From the IMG/VR virus record IMGVR_UViG_3300047283_000054: a DNA stretch of 64,000 bases; one strand, written 5' to 3'. This stretch comes from a virus. Lineage: Duplodnaviria > Caudoviricetes. The notes beneath the pieces are model-generated. The model had not been told where the DNA came from, searched no databases, and was given only the letters and a program-made list of their open reading frames with translations. This document shows, in pieces, positions 10,286 through 19,797 of this stretch; the stretch's first letter is position 1; every line of letters begins with the position of its first letter. The position numbers and the translations under genes were made by a program.

Positions 10286-10360
10286 GATAATATTTCCTTA
10301 TAAAATTGAGATGGTCTCGTTTTTTAATATTCGCCGCTTCCCTGTGAAACGACTAACATT

Positions 10361-10406
10361 AGAGATAGTATAGCAGTACTATCTCTGAATGTCAATAGTA
10401 TTTATC
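10361..10406 (-). promoter_or_regulatory. gp32 promoter region: TTGACA-17-TATACT overlapped by an inverted repeat, plus upstream GATAAATA
   Basis: AGAGATAGTA-tagcag-TACTATCTCT palindrome covers the -10; late-like motif just upstream of the -35. Confidence 0.6.
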
Positions 10407-10442
10407 CCGTTTGTGGGTAAACACATTTTTTTCTACGGTTTT

Positions 10443-11804
10443 TTACCCTTTTATATAAGGTAGTCCGATTAGGTTATCCAACATACGTGAGTATGTTTTG
10501 TCTAAACTTTCACTAAACAAATCATTTTGTTTCAGATGTAGTGTTGAGCTTTCAGGAGGTTGACCGAATAAATCAGTTTTTACCCAATTGTAAAATGCAT
10601 CCATTGTTTGTCTTGATATTGGATTTTCTTCGTGTTTGAATAAGAACTCAATATTATCTTCGATTGTATATGCAATCTGATGGTCGCTATAGGTTGGATG
10701 CTTCTTACTTAATTCTACAGCATATTTCTTTTTAAATGAACGAACCATCATTGGTAAATATTTTGTCATCCATTCAGCTTTATCCGGGTCGTGTGAATAG
10801 TCAAGTGCAGGCCTAACTGCCATATTAGCTTCTTCAAATACTTTACTTTCGGATCTGTTTTTGATGGTCGGTTTATCTTCTTCATCACCAAATAGTTCAG
10901 GATCAAACTCAGGTGGTTTAGATTGTTGTGTTGCAACCTGTGATGTAGCTTGTGCATTATCGATAGCACCCTGTGCTACTGCGGCTGCATTTGGGCGAAT
11001 AGAAGGTTTAACAAATCTAATATTAGTTGCGATTTCATCAGCCATTTGTTGAATCTCACCTCTAAGATTCAGAATATTATCTCTCTCTGTATTCATAAAC
11101 TTATCAAAGTTATCAATCTTTTCTTTAGCGGCATCTACAATTTGAGAATACTTTTGAATTTCTTCAGCAGAGGTTTTCTTATATGTGTTAGTATCATCAA
11201 TGTAGTTTTGAAATCTCATTTCTTTACTATCCAAATCCTGCTTTGTTTTTTCAAGTTGTGCGGCAACCGCATCATAATTAACATTTGCTTTACTTTGAAT
11301 ATTGTTTACTAGATTTTGTAACTTCTTAACATCAGCATCTTCTGCACCATTACTATTAGCCAAAGCACTAATCTGTTGTTCTATCTCTTTGTATTTTTCT
11401 GGATCCATACCAGGCTTAGATTTCAGTGCTTCTAAATCTTTTTGTAGCTTCTCTAACTCATCAGCACTTACTTTAGCCTTCTGTTGTCTATCAGCACTAC
11501 CAGTTGTCAATGTACCACTTAGTTGTTTTAATCTTTCAACTTCACGGTCAGTCTCTTGTGCTTGTGCTTCGTAATCTTGCAATTCTTGCCCAATAGTTTT
11601 TAATGCACTTTGCTGTTTATTGATTAAGTTATTTTGTGCATCATCAGTTTTTTGTTGTTTGGCAGCTTTATCAGCTATGTACAATGATAATGCCTGTTGG
11701 CTATCATAGCCAGGAAACTTCAACATGGCTCTCTGCATTAAATCTTTATCTAAAGATAATGTAGGACCTTTTTGTGCTTCTCTTAACAATGACGATATTT
11801 TCAT
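10443..11804 (-). CDS. Coiled-coil protein, putative head/internal virion protein
   Basis: Long heptad Q/K/E-rich region; N-terminus MKISSLLRE resembles a capsid-targeting sequence. Confidence 0.55.
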   Translation of the reverse strand: MKISSLLREAQKGPTLSLDKDLMQRAMLKFPGYDSQQALSLYIADKAAKQQKTDDAQNNLINKQQSALKTIGQELQDYEAQAQETDREVERLKQLSGTLTTGSADRQQKAKVSADELEKLQKDLEALKSKPGMDPEKYKEIEQQISALANSNGAEDADVKKLQNLVNNIQSKANVNYDAVAAQLEKTKQDLDSKEMRFQNYIDDTNTYKKTSAEEIQKYSQIVDAAKEKIDNFDKFMNTERDNILNLRGEIQQMADEIATNIRFVKPSIRPNAAAVAQGAIDNAQATSQVATQQSKPPEFDPELFGDEEDKPTIKNRSESKVFEEANMAVRPALDYSHDPDKAEWMTKYLPMMVRSFKKKYAVELSKKHPTYSDHQIAYTIEDNIEFLFKHEENPISRQTMDAFYNWVKTDLFGQPPESSTLHLKQNDLFSESLDKTYSRMLDNLIGLPYIKG

Positions 11805-11805
11805 A

Positions 11806-13596
11806 TTACTTACTAATTAAACGCTTAATAACATCTAGGTCGTCTTGACCTTCACCAACTAGATCACCAATTGTTGCTGGCTTGTTAGCTTTAGGTCCTT
11901 TGTTACGCCATTGACCTGCTTCACCTGTAGCATAGTCACCTGCGAACTCACCATCTTCTGCAACTTCTTCTTTACTGCTATACTTAGCACGAATGTTTTG
12001 CATTGTTTTCTCGCTAGCATGCTCACTACCTGCTTTGCGTAGTGCATCCATACCATCTTTGCCGTATTTTTTATTACCCAAATATGCCTGCAATCCGCTT
12101 TCTTCAATGTCATCTTCTTCTAAGCGTTCTTCATCTTTAGAATGACCCATGTTTGGTTTACTGTGTTGTGCTGATGCCGGTATGCCTGCATCCTTTTGTA
12201 TCTTTTTCAATAGTTCTTCGTCACTACCGTGACCTAATTTATCCAATACTTTACCGCCAACTGTTTTAACAGCATCTTTAACTTTATCGAACATTCCTTC
12301 ATGCATATTACCCAATGAACGTTCTACTTGTTTTACCCAACCGCTTACATCGCTTGAACCAATTTCTTCAACGTCACCTACAAAATCTGCAACGTCGGCA
12401 ATAGCAGCCAATACTTTATCAGGACCGTGCTTTAATAATTCAGGGTGTTGACGTATGATACGGCGAGTTATTGCGCTTACTACTGGATCGTCAATATCAT
12501 CGTGACCTTCATCTATTTCTTTGTCTAACTTGTCAGCAAAGTGTGCAAGTGCCGGACTTTTACCTGCCATGTATGCATCCACGGCTGCACCTTCGTCAAT
12601 TAGGTTGTCTGCCCATTCACTTAATTCACCGACTTCTTTCATCTCTGCTACTTTCTTCTGTAGCTTATTCAATATTGGCATTACACTTTCAATACGTGGA
12701 TCTAATGTTTCTTGCACAAACAACTCATTTAAGTTGTTTTCTTCACTTTCTTCTTCCATCAATGATGGTGTCCAGCTTTCAAAGTAAGTATTGTAACCAC
12801 GATGGCCGGTCATTCTACTTAATGTTTCACGTAGACCTTGATAGTGATTGATACCTTCATTAACTAGTCGCTGTGCTGATTCATTGAACTGACCATTACG
12901 TGTGGCACGAACAAACGCACCCATCTTTTGATATTCTTCTACTAAACTTGTAACGTGATTCCAACGCTCACCATGTGGCTTATCACCTTCGGCAATCAAT
13001 CGACCATATACACGTGCAATGCCCGGCTTGATAGTTGGGGCTAAGAAACGTTCACCTTCACTATTCTCTAGGAAGATTTTAGCAATATTACGATAGCGTT
13101 GCTCACCTTCTTCAATTTGGCGAGTATGCTGTAATACAATTTTTACATTTGGCACAGCATCATTGTAACTTGCCTTTTTACCCATTGGGTAGTAACCTTC
13201 AGATATTCTTTCTTGCTTTTTCATATATTCCCTTTTTGCCATGTCGTGTTTCAAATGGTCAATATTCTTTAATTCAAAACTCAATTGATACTTTTGTGCA
13301 AAACGCTTCAATTGATTTAATACTTTGTACCAAGATTCATCTTCCCCATGACTTTCTTCTTTTTCACTATTAGCTACCTCGTCACTGAAGTATATACATA
13401 ATTTATGCAATCCATCAATAGAGATAGTTACTTTACCGTAATCTTCTCCGTCTTTGACAAAATTGAATTGAAATACTTCAGCTTCTTCAGGGGTAGGAAT
13501 TTCCTTACCTGAGGTGTCAAGCATAGTAGGGTCAAATCCTTTACTGTGTAAAAGATCGAATAATGAACGGTTTAAGGATTCTGTATTTTTTGGCAT
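11806..13596 (-). CDS. Putative virion/prohead-associated protein
   Basis: 596 aa, downstream of terminase, with many (I/L/V)xE motifs in the C-terminal half; late-like motif upstream. Confidence 0.5.
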   Translation of the reverse strand: MPKNTESLNRSLFDLLHSKGFDPTMLDTSGKEIPTPEEAEVFQFNFVKDGEDYGKVTISIDGLHKLCIYFSDEVANSEKEESHGEDESWYKVLNQLKRFAQKYQLSFELKNIDHLKHDMAKREYMKKQERISEGYYPMGKKASYNDAVPNVKIVLQHTRQIEEGEQRYRNIAKIFLENSEGERFLAPTIKPGIARVYGRLIAEGDKPHGERWNHVTSLVEEYQKMGAFVRATRNGQFNESAQRLVNEGINHYQGLRETLSRMTGHRGYNTYFESWTPSLMEEESEENNLNELFVQETLDPRIESVMPILNKLQKKVAEMKEVGELSEWADNLIDEGAAVDAYMAGKSPALAHFADKLDKEIDEGHDDIDDPVVSAITRRIIRQHPELLKHGPDKVLAAIADVADFVGDVEEIGSSDVSGWVKQVERSLGNMHEGMFDKVKDAVKTVGGKVLDKLGHGSDEELLKKIQKDAGIPASAQHSKPNMGHSKDEERLEEDDIEESGLQAYLGNKKYGKDGMDALRKAGSEHASEKTMQNIRAKYSSKEEVAEDGEFAGDYATGEAGQWRNKGPKANKPATIGDLVGEGQDDLDVIKRLISK

Positions 13597-13613
13597 AATG
13601 TATTTATCTAACT

Positions 13614-15173
13614 TTAACCCATAACAGCATAGAAGGGCAACGGCATTATAACTTCATTGTGGTCTCTGATTTGATTCTCTAAGTCATAATGGTAGTCACT
13701 TAATTGTTGTAACATACGTGTTACTAATAAGCTGGCCATAATCAAATCGTCTGTATCACCTATTTTAGCCGCATAACTTCCACCATGTGCTACAAATGCT
13801 TTTAATTCTGAAATAAGACTACGACTATTTACAGTCATTTTCTTGCTTTCAACCAATGTTTTAAACTTAGCACAACTTGCTAATTTACTCTTATTAGTTG
13901 TGTTAAATCCTCTACGTCCTTTACCTACTTCGCTGATAAAAATACCCGGAATATTTGCTTCTCCGTATTCATTTAATGACACGATTGCGGCTTCTCCTAT
14001 CCCGTTACATTCAATACTGTAGTAAATGTTGTTGGGTTCATTGGTGCATTCAGCAATATGTTTGTTAATTTGAGCCAATAGTTTAATCTGACTTGGAATG
14101 TCAGTTTTATTGTGCTTCCATTCACCTACTTGAGTAGTAGTGTTTGCTTCAAATATTTGAATAGCTGACGGGTCACCACCTGTACCTAGACTAGGATCTA
14201 ATCCTACACAATAAATATTACCTTTAGTTGGTTTCTTATACCAACGTACTTGTCCTATACGACTAACAGGCTCAATGCCTTCCATCATAATTAGTGTGTT
14301 TGGATTAATCAATGTTTCGTCAGCAATAATGAACTCACAACCAATCTCTCGGTTGAAACGATCCTCACCGAGCTGTGCTTTCATTTCATCAGCCCACTTC
14401 TGGTCTCTGCCCGGTTGCTCGTTCCAAAATGCTCTGTATGCTCTGAAGCCGTTTACACCTAGTTCAGTTGTGTTGCCAAACTCATCTTCAGTCTTATTAG
14501 CACCCTTCCAGATGAATGCAAACTGATCCTCGTCACTGTTTGGAGTACTTGTGATAATAGCTTTACCACCAGTACTTAGTGTTGGTGTAATAGCTGTCCA
14601 GAATTCTTTAGCGATACTTGGTCTAACGAATGCAAACTCATCTAAGTATAGTAATGTAATAGACATACCACGACCTGTATTTTCAGTAGTTGTTGCACTT
14701 ACAATACGACTACCGTTTTCAAAGTCTAATGATCCTTTGTTGTATGTGGTCACACCTGCTTTAATATGATCCGGGCAGTTTTCATATGCATAACGAATAC
14801 GTTGCATAATCTCCTGAGCACCTGTATACTTGTGTGCCGCAACTAAGATAGTTGAGTCTGGCACAAACATTGCGTACCAAAGCAAGTATCCTGCGGCTGA
14901 AGTTGACTTACCTGATTGTCGAGGCATCAAACTGATTGAATAACGAAAGTTGTGATAGGTTTCAATCAATCGTTTTTGATAGGGCCAAGGGTGATAAACC
15001 ATACTACCTTTTGTAGGGTGTTGTATGTAGAAGAAGTTATCCATAAAATATAGATAACCTGTATCTGGGTCACAGCATTTGATAAAATCCTGTAGTTCTT
15101 TATCAGTTTTAAAAACTGTTTTAGTATAAGGATTCTTTACTAATGAAGGTGCGTTGCTTAATGGCTTACTCAT
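13614..15173 (-). CDS. Terminase large subunit (T4 gp17-like)
   Basis: Walker A PRQSGKS, Walker B LYLDE, TSTPN coupling motif, RNase H-like nuclease GLDPSLG...DDLIMA. Confidence 0.95.
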   Translation of the reverse strand: MSKPLSNAPSLVKNPYTKTVFKTDKELQDFIKCCDPDTGYLYFMDNFFYIQHPTKGSMVYHPWPYQKRLIETYHNFRYSISLMPRQSGKSTSAAGYLLWYAMFVPDSTILVAAHKYTGAQEIMQRIRYAYENCPDHIKAGVTTYNKGSLDFENGSRIVSATTTENTGRGMSITLLYLDEFAFVRPSIAKEFWTAITPTLSTGGKAIITSTPNSDEDQFAFIWKGANKTEDEFGNTTELGVNGFRAYRAFWNEQPGRDQKWADEMKAQLGEDRFNREIGCEFIIADETLINPNTLIMMEGIEPVSRIGQVRWYKKPTKGNIYCVGLDPSLGTGGDPSAIQIFEANTTTQVGEWKHNKTDIPSQIKLLAQINKHIAECTNEPNNIYYSIECNGIGEAAIVSLNEYGEANIPGIFISEVGKGRRGFNTTNKSKLASCAKFKTLVESKKMTVNSRSLISELKAFVAHGGSYAAKIGDTDDLIMASLLVTRMLQQLSDYHYDLENQIRDHNEVIMPLPFYAVMG

Positions 15174-15179
15174 AGAGAG

Positions 15180-15187
15180 TATTTATA
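15180..15187 (-). promoter_or_regulatory. T4-type late promoter TATAAATA
   Basis: Exact T4 gp55 consensus 6 nt upstream of the terminase ATG. Confidence 0.7.
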
Positions 15188-15194
15188 TCCATAA

Positions 15195-15215
15195 AAAAAC
15201 GGCAGAGCCGTTTTT
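15195..15215 (-). terminator. Intrinsic terminator
   Basis: AAAAACGGC-aga-GCCGTTTTT with U tracts on both strands. Confidence 0.75.
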
Positions 15216-15216
15216 A

Positions 15217-15906
15217 TTATTTAATATCTAAAGGTCTTGCTTTTGTAGCAAGGATACAATAATATTTTTCTTTTGCGGTTACCATTTCACCACTTTCATT
15301 TGGAGTTTGGATATCAAATTCTAAATTATTAAAATAATCAATATTGAATCCACAACGTGTTAATAACGCGGCTAGTTGTTGTTCACCCAAAATACTATAA
15401 TGATTTAAATTCCATTCGTGTCTACGGTCACAGTTTGGAGCGGGAACTTCAATGTAAATTTTACCACCTTGTTTTAAAATACGATTGTATTCCATAATAC
15501 TAAAGATAGGATATGGACTATGTTCTAATGCGTGACGTAAAAAGATGAAGTCAACACTTTCATCAAAGTATCCGTCTTTTTGTGGTAAGAAACTTAAATC
15601 ATATTTTGCAATTTTATGACCTTTGTCCTCACAGATTTTAATATCACCCGGGCTTAGTGTAACACCAGTAACATCTGTGTAATTACGAGTTTTCATCTCA
15701 TCTAGGAAATATCCTGGGCCACATCCCAAATCTAATATTTTACTATTTTTTGGCAAGTTAATTGGATCTATATATTTTATAACTACTTCTTTGGTGAGAT
15801 TTTCGTGCATTGGGCTGTTGCCCTCATCGTAAATATGAGCGGTGTAAAGCCATTCATTGTAAAATTTTAATTTGATTAAATCTAAAGTGTTGTTAATATC
15901 TATCAT
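15217..15906 (-). CDS. Class I SAM-dependent methyltransferase
   Basis: ILDLGCGPG motif I, HALEH, RILKQGG. Confidence 0.85.
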   Translation of the reverse strand: MIDINNTLDLIKLKFYNEWLYTAHIYDEGNSPMHENLTKEVVIKYIDPINLPKNSKILDLGCGPGYFLDEMKTRNYTDVTGVTLSPGDIKICEDKGHKIAKYDLSFLPQKDGYFDESVDFIFLRHALEHSPYPIFSIMEYNRILKQGGKIYIEVPAPNCDRRHEWNLNHYSILGEQQLAALLTRCGFNIDYFNNLEFDIQTPNESGEMVTAKEKYYCILATKARPLDIK

Positions 15907-15958
15907 TGAGAATCCTGTAATTTGATATAATTACTTATTCTCTATATCAACGATGAAA

Positions 15959-16327
15959 TTATTTTTTGTAGCCCTTGAAAGGCTTTATTGTGCTTTGTGT
16001 ATTAGTTGATTCTAATTCTTGGCTATTTAGATCACCTTTGTTCAAATCTTTATACGTGATACCGGTGGCTTTATATGCTAATTTTAACATAGCTTGTTCT
16101 TCTTTGGTATACGGATGTGCCGTATTGTTTTTACCAACCCAACTTTCTGCATTCATTTCTATAGGATTCACACCATCGCTACACGCAACTGCCATCATTA
16201 CACGATTCAAATCATATAGTCGGTCAAATTGAGTGTCAGCAAATATATTCAAACCGCGTGTAGGCTGCTGTTGACGTTTAGTTATTTTTCCATTCTTACT
16301 TTCGGATACAAATTCATTTGCTCTCAT
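15959..16327 (-). CDS. Putative head internal protein (paralog of 16324-16725)
   Basis: N-terminus MRANEFVSE; YDLNRVMMAVA; C-terminus PFKGYKK. Confidence 0.55.
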   Translation of the reverse strand: MRANEFVSESKNGKITKRQQQPTRGLNIFADTQFDRLYDLNRVMMAVACSDGVNPIEMNAESWVGKNNTAHPYTKEEQAMLKLAYKATGITYKDLNKGDLNSQELESTNTQSTIKPFKGYKK

Positions 16328-16725
16328 CGTTTATATCCTTTAAAGGCCTTCATTGGTGACTGTGTTAGTGCATCATCCATTTCATCACTTGTCGATGAGC
16401 TGACTGCTTTTTTACCTGACTTACCTATTTTACTTAATGCTTTATCAATCAGTTGTCCTACTTCAGGATCCATTGAACTAACAATTTGATGCTCCCCCCA
16501 TTCAGATTCAGCACGAAATTCAGGTTCAGAACCATTTTTAACATTATCGTTACCACTCTCTCCTCTGACTGCAGCCATCGCTACACCAAAACGGTATAGC
16601 TGATAAAAATCTTGATTTTGTAAATCAGGAATAATAAAAGTATTAGGCAGTGACTTTGCAACAATAGACAAACCATCGTGTACGTCATCTAATTTCTGTT
16701 CTACTATAAACTCTTTGGCTCTCAT
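16324..16725 (-). CDS. Putative head internal protein
   Basis: N-terminus MRAKEFIVE; YQLYRFGVAMA; C-terminus AFKGYKR. Confidence 0.55.
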   Translation of the reverse strand: MRAKEFIVEQKLDDVHDGLSIVAKSLPNTFIIPDLQNQDFYQLYRFGVAMAAVRGESGNDNVKNGSEPEFRAESEWGEHQIVSSMDPEVGQLIDKALSKIGKSGKKAVSSSTSDEMDDALTQSPMKAFKGYKR

Positions 16726-16726
16726 C

Positions 16727-17548
16727 TTAATTTTCTGTAGTTAAGATATCATTATTCTCTGTGCCCAACACAGAATCAACATATCCATTTAGACCAATAT
16801 CAACACCAGGTGTTATTTCACCAATGAATGTAACCTGAGATGCTATAAAGTGTAGTATGAATGTGTTTGCAATAGGATTAGCAAGAATTCTAACATTACC
16901 ACCTGACACATCCATATCGTAACGTGTCAATGCATTGCCTGCAAAAGTCATAGCATAACCAGTGAATTTCACTGCGTCATTGTTGTTTGTAAGTTGTGCT
17001 GAAATTGTGATATCTTGACTATCAGGAGTTCCTGGATCGCTTGAACGAATTTGGAACATACCTTGAGTAAATGCATTTGCAGGATATTCATATATGACTT
17101 GTCCTGCAGTTAATCCGCTTGTGTAAACATTACTTGTATTAACAGTAGTAAAGAATAGATTACTAAAGTTGTTATTAATTTTACCAAACGCAACTCGTAA
17201 AGGATCTCCTAAACCATCATTGGGTGTTACACCAATGTTAATGTATTCTTGTGCTCCGTACGGACCTTCGGTTGTAGTAAATGACAATAACTGAGGTTCA
17301 GCTGGAGTAGAATCTGAGATAATATTAGTGTTGAAAACAACTTGACCAATATTTAAAATATTCTGTGTGCCACCGTTGTTGGATACGGTTGCTTCAGGGA
17401 ATTGTGAGGAATCAATCAACTCTACATTGGCACCTATTGTGGTGAATAAGTTAGCAAAATTGTTGTTAATTTTGTCGAAGGCTAAACGGAGTGGATCACC
17501 GGAACCATCGTTCGGTATTTCACCTGTTTCAATAACTTCTTGTGTCAT
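16727..17548 (-). CDS. Baseplate wedge gp9/gp10-like structural protein
   Basis: Two copies of G..PNDG.GDPLR.AF.KINNNF, the T4 gp9/gp10 N-terminal motif type. Confidence 0.7.
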   Translation of the reverse strand: MTQEVIETGEIPNDGSGDPLRLAFDKINNNFANLFTTIGANVELIDSSQFPEATVSNNGGTQNILNIGQVVFNTNIISDSTPAEPQLLSFTTTEGPYGAQEYINIGVTPNDGLGDPLRVAFGKINNNFSNLFFTTVNTSNVYTSGLTAGQVIYEYPANAFTQGMFQIRSSDPGTPDSQDITISAQLTNNNDAVKFTGYAMTFAGNALTRYDMDVSGGNVRILANPIANTFILHFIASQVTFIGEITPGVDIGLNGYVDSVLGTENNDILTTEN

Positions 17549-17575
17549 TATAATTCCTAGACTATAATGTATTTA

Positions 17576-17848
17576 TCAGTTTCCAAACATACCTTTGGGT
17601 TGTTGTATGATAATAGGACGCTTACTACGCTGGATTTCTTGTAGTGCTTTGATAGCTTGTATCTTTACTTGATTATCTGAACTCTTAACCATTTCGGTCA
17701 AGGCTGCTATACGTGCGGCTTCTGCTACAGTAGCATCTCTACTTAATGACTTCTGTGCTTCTACATAGACTGGATAATTGTCTACTGTTGCACACCCGGT
17801 CAATAAACATAATGCTAATAATATACTACTATTTTGCAATGTTATCAT
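17576..17848 (-). CDS. Small lipoprotein
   Basis: Signal peptide with lipobox LLTGC; the likely start is ATG 17848. Confidence 0.6.
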   Translation of the reverse strand: MITLQNSSILLALCLLTGCATVDNYPVYVEAQKSLSRDATVAEAARIAALTEMVKSSDNQVKIQAIKALQEIQRSKRPIIIQQPKGMFGN

Positions 17849-18092
17849 AGATTTTCTTCTGTGCGTTGTACCAATCTTGCCAACCATCTACTTTGGCACT
17901 GCATTCCCAATACAATGAGTAGTTATGGATTATAACTTTCATCATTTCGGTAATAGCTACTTTGTCACCCTCAATCTTTTTGAGGTCTTCACATTTCTTC
18001 ATTAATTCAGGAGTAGCGTTTGGGAACTTCTGAGTTACGGGAACTGTCGTAGAACAACCGGCTAATAATAGAAGTATTAATAGATATTTCAT
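17829..18092 (-). CDS. o-spanin (Rz1-like lipoprotein)
   Basis: MKYLLILLLLAGC lipobox, P-containing periplasmic segment, overlaps the upstream membrane/coiled-coil gene. Confidence 0.7.
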   Translation of the reverse strand: MKYLLILLLLAGCSTTVPVTQKFPNATPELMKKCEDLKKIEGDKVAITEMMKVIIHNYSLYWECSAKVDGWQDWYNAQKKIYDNIAK

Positions 18093-18547
18093 TTTGTAGC
18101 AGCCTTATTCAACTCAGCGGCTTGATTGTGTAAGTCTATGATTTCTTTAGGGACAGGGCAGTTTTCTACATACTTGATAACTTCTTCTTTTTTGACTACT
18201 TCTTTATCAATGTATTTGATAATGTCTTTACCCTTTTCACGGATCACTTTAGTCTTTGTTACAATCTTTTCCTGTATTTCTACATTCTTGTTTGCAGATT
18301 CAGCTTCAGCCTTTGCAACTTTAGCTTCCATCTCTTTTACTCTAAGTTCCCATTCTTTATAGTCGGCCAAACCGCCCTCAAGATAGACACCAAAGACTAA
18401 TACAACTAAACTAATTATTTGTATAGCTAATCTGTAGGTTTTAATGAAGGGAATGAATCCTAGGACGAATCCTGCTATTGTGCCCAAAATACCCAATCCA
18501 AAGATTGTATGTATTGCGGCTTCTGGTAGTATTGATAGTATCCACAT
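18089..18547 (-). CDS. i-spanin (Rz-like)
   Basis: N-terminal hydrophobic helices, coiled coil, C-terminal C-P-V-P...HN.AA. Confidence 0.7.
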   Translation of the reverse strand: MWILSILPEAAIHTIFGLGILGTIAGFVLGFIPFIKTYRLAIQIISLVVLVFGVYLEGGLADYKEWELRVKEMEAKVAKAEAESANKNVEIQEKIVTKTKVIREKGKDIIKYIDKEVVKKEEVIKYVENCPVPKEIIDLHNQAAELNKAATK

Positions 18548-18558
18548 AAACTTATTTA

Positions 18559-19797
18559 TCAGGTTAATCGCAAATTGTTTAATTCAACGTTGACATTTTT
18601 AAGATAAAAATCTCTATTTTTATCAAACACATCGTTCATTTGAAAGAACCTAGACAGATTATTAGTATAGTCAACATCGGTGTGACATTTAGTTTTTATG
18701 ACCTGCATCTTTTTAAAAAAACTAGGGGCTTGAAATTCAGTGTTTTTAATCATCCATTCTTCTATTTTAAACCAGCAATCTTTTTTATAGTTCAACGGTA
18801 AATTTATACAGTCCAAATGATTAGGGAGTTGCAAATTTATAGGTAATATACTAACTTTTGTAGTTCCTGCAATTCTATTAAAATTTTCAAAATAGTCAAA
18901 TAATTCTACAAGTTTATTCAGATTCGTAATCTGTATGACAGGAGATGGTTTTAATGTAATATTATCAAAATTCTCTACTAGATAATGAAAATTCTTATCT
19001 ATTTGTTTCCAATTGCTAGGATAACGTATATATTCTTGCAACGACCCCACACCGTCAATACTTGCATAAAAAGTTACGTTTTCAAATTCTTTAATGAGAG
19101 AATAGAATTTTTGATTGAGATTAGTCATGTTAGAATTTATAACTAATCTCATATGTTTACTACGTCCACTAGACACTAACTTATCTAAAATTTCATAATT
19201 TTTTTTAACAATAGTAGGTTCACCACCTGTAATATACATCTGTAATAGATTCTCTAACTGCGTATTGATATTATCTTCAAATATAAAAGTTTGATACCAA
19301 TCATTTATAGTTGTCGTATCTATAGGTTCGTAGAAGGTATTTAATTTAGTATGTTTCAATTCATCTAGTTCTTTTGCTAGTTGACTTGAATATAATGCAT
19401 TACAACTTTTACAAGCTAGATTACATAAGTTTCCAAAGCGCAAATCAATATCCAAGATTCTAGCATCGATAATAGAACCCTGCGCTATTTTTTCTTGTGT
19501 GATTATATTATCAAGCCATCGTTCATTATACATTTGTCGTTTACTTGATTCATCACCAAATTCTTCACTTTGATAACATCGATTACATCCTGATACCTTC
19601 TCACCTGCTAACATCTTTTCTCGTATGTTTACATAGTCAGGTGAGTTAATTATATCTGTTATATTGTCATAACCTAAATTAAATTTATCACCGTTATTTT
19701 TTTTAATTGGTTCTGTTGATATACAGCATGGTTTAATGCTACCATCAGAATCAGCACTTATGTTAATCCAAGGCATTACACAAAAAGTTTTATTCAC
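18559..19797 (-). CDS. Radical SAM protein with N-terminal twitch/SPASM-like domain
   Basis: FCVMPW...GSIKPCC...CNRC, then CNLACKSC and GGEP. Confidence 0.9.
   Translation of the reverse strand: MNKTFCVMPWINISADSDGSIKPCCISTEPIKKNNGDKFNLGYDNITDIINSPDYVNIREKMLAGEKVSGCNRCYQSEEFGDESSKRQMYNERWLDNIITQEKIAQGSIIDARILDIDLRFGNLCNLACKSCNALYSSQLAKELDELKHTKLNTFYEPIDTTTINDWYQTFIFEDNINTQLENLLQMYITGGEPTIVKKNYEILDKLVSSGRSKHMRLVINSNMTNLNQKFYSLIKEFENVTFYASIDGVGSLQEYIRYPSNWKQIDKNFHYLVENFDNITLKPSPVIQITNLNKLVELFDYFENFNRIAGTTKVSILPINLQLPNHLDCINLPLNYKKDCWFKIEEWMIKNTEFQAPSFFKKMQVIKTKCHTDVDYTNNLSRFFQMNDVFDKNRDFYLKNVNVELNNLRLT

Noticed and set aside
13614-15173. Intein or intron in terminase, uvsX or thyA
   Set aside because: Lengths and motif spacing are normal, with no intein splice motifs or homing endonuclease signatures.
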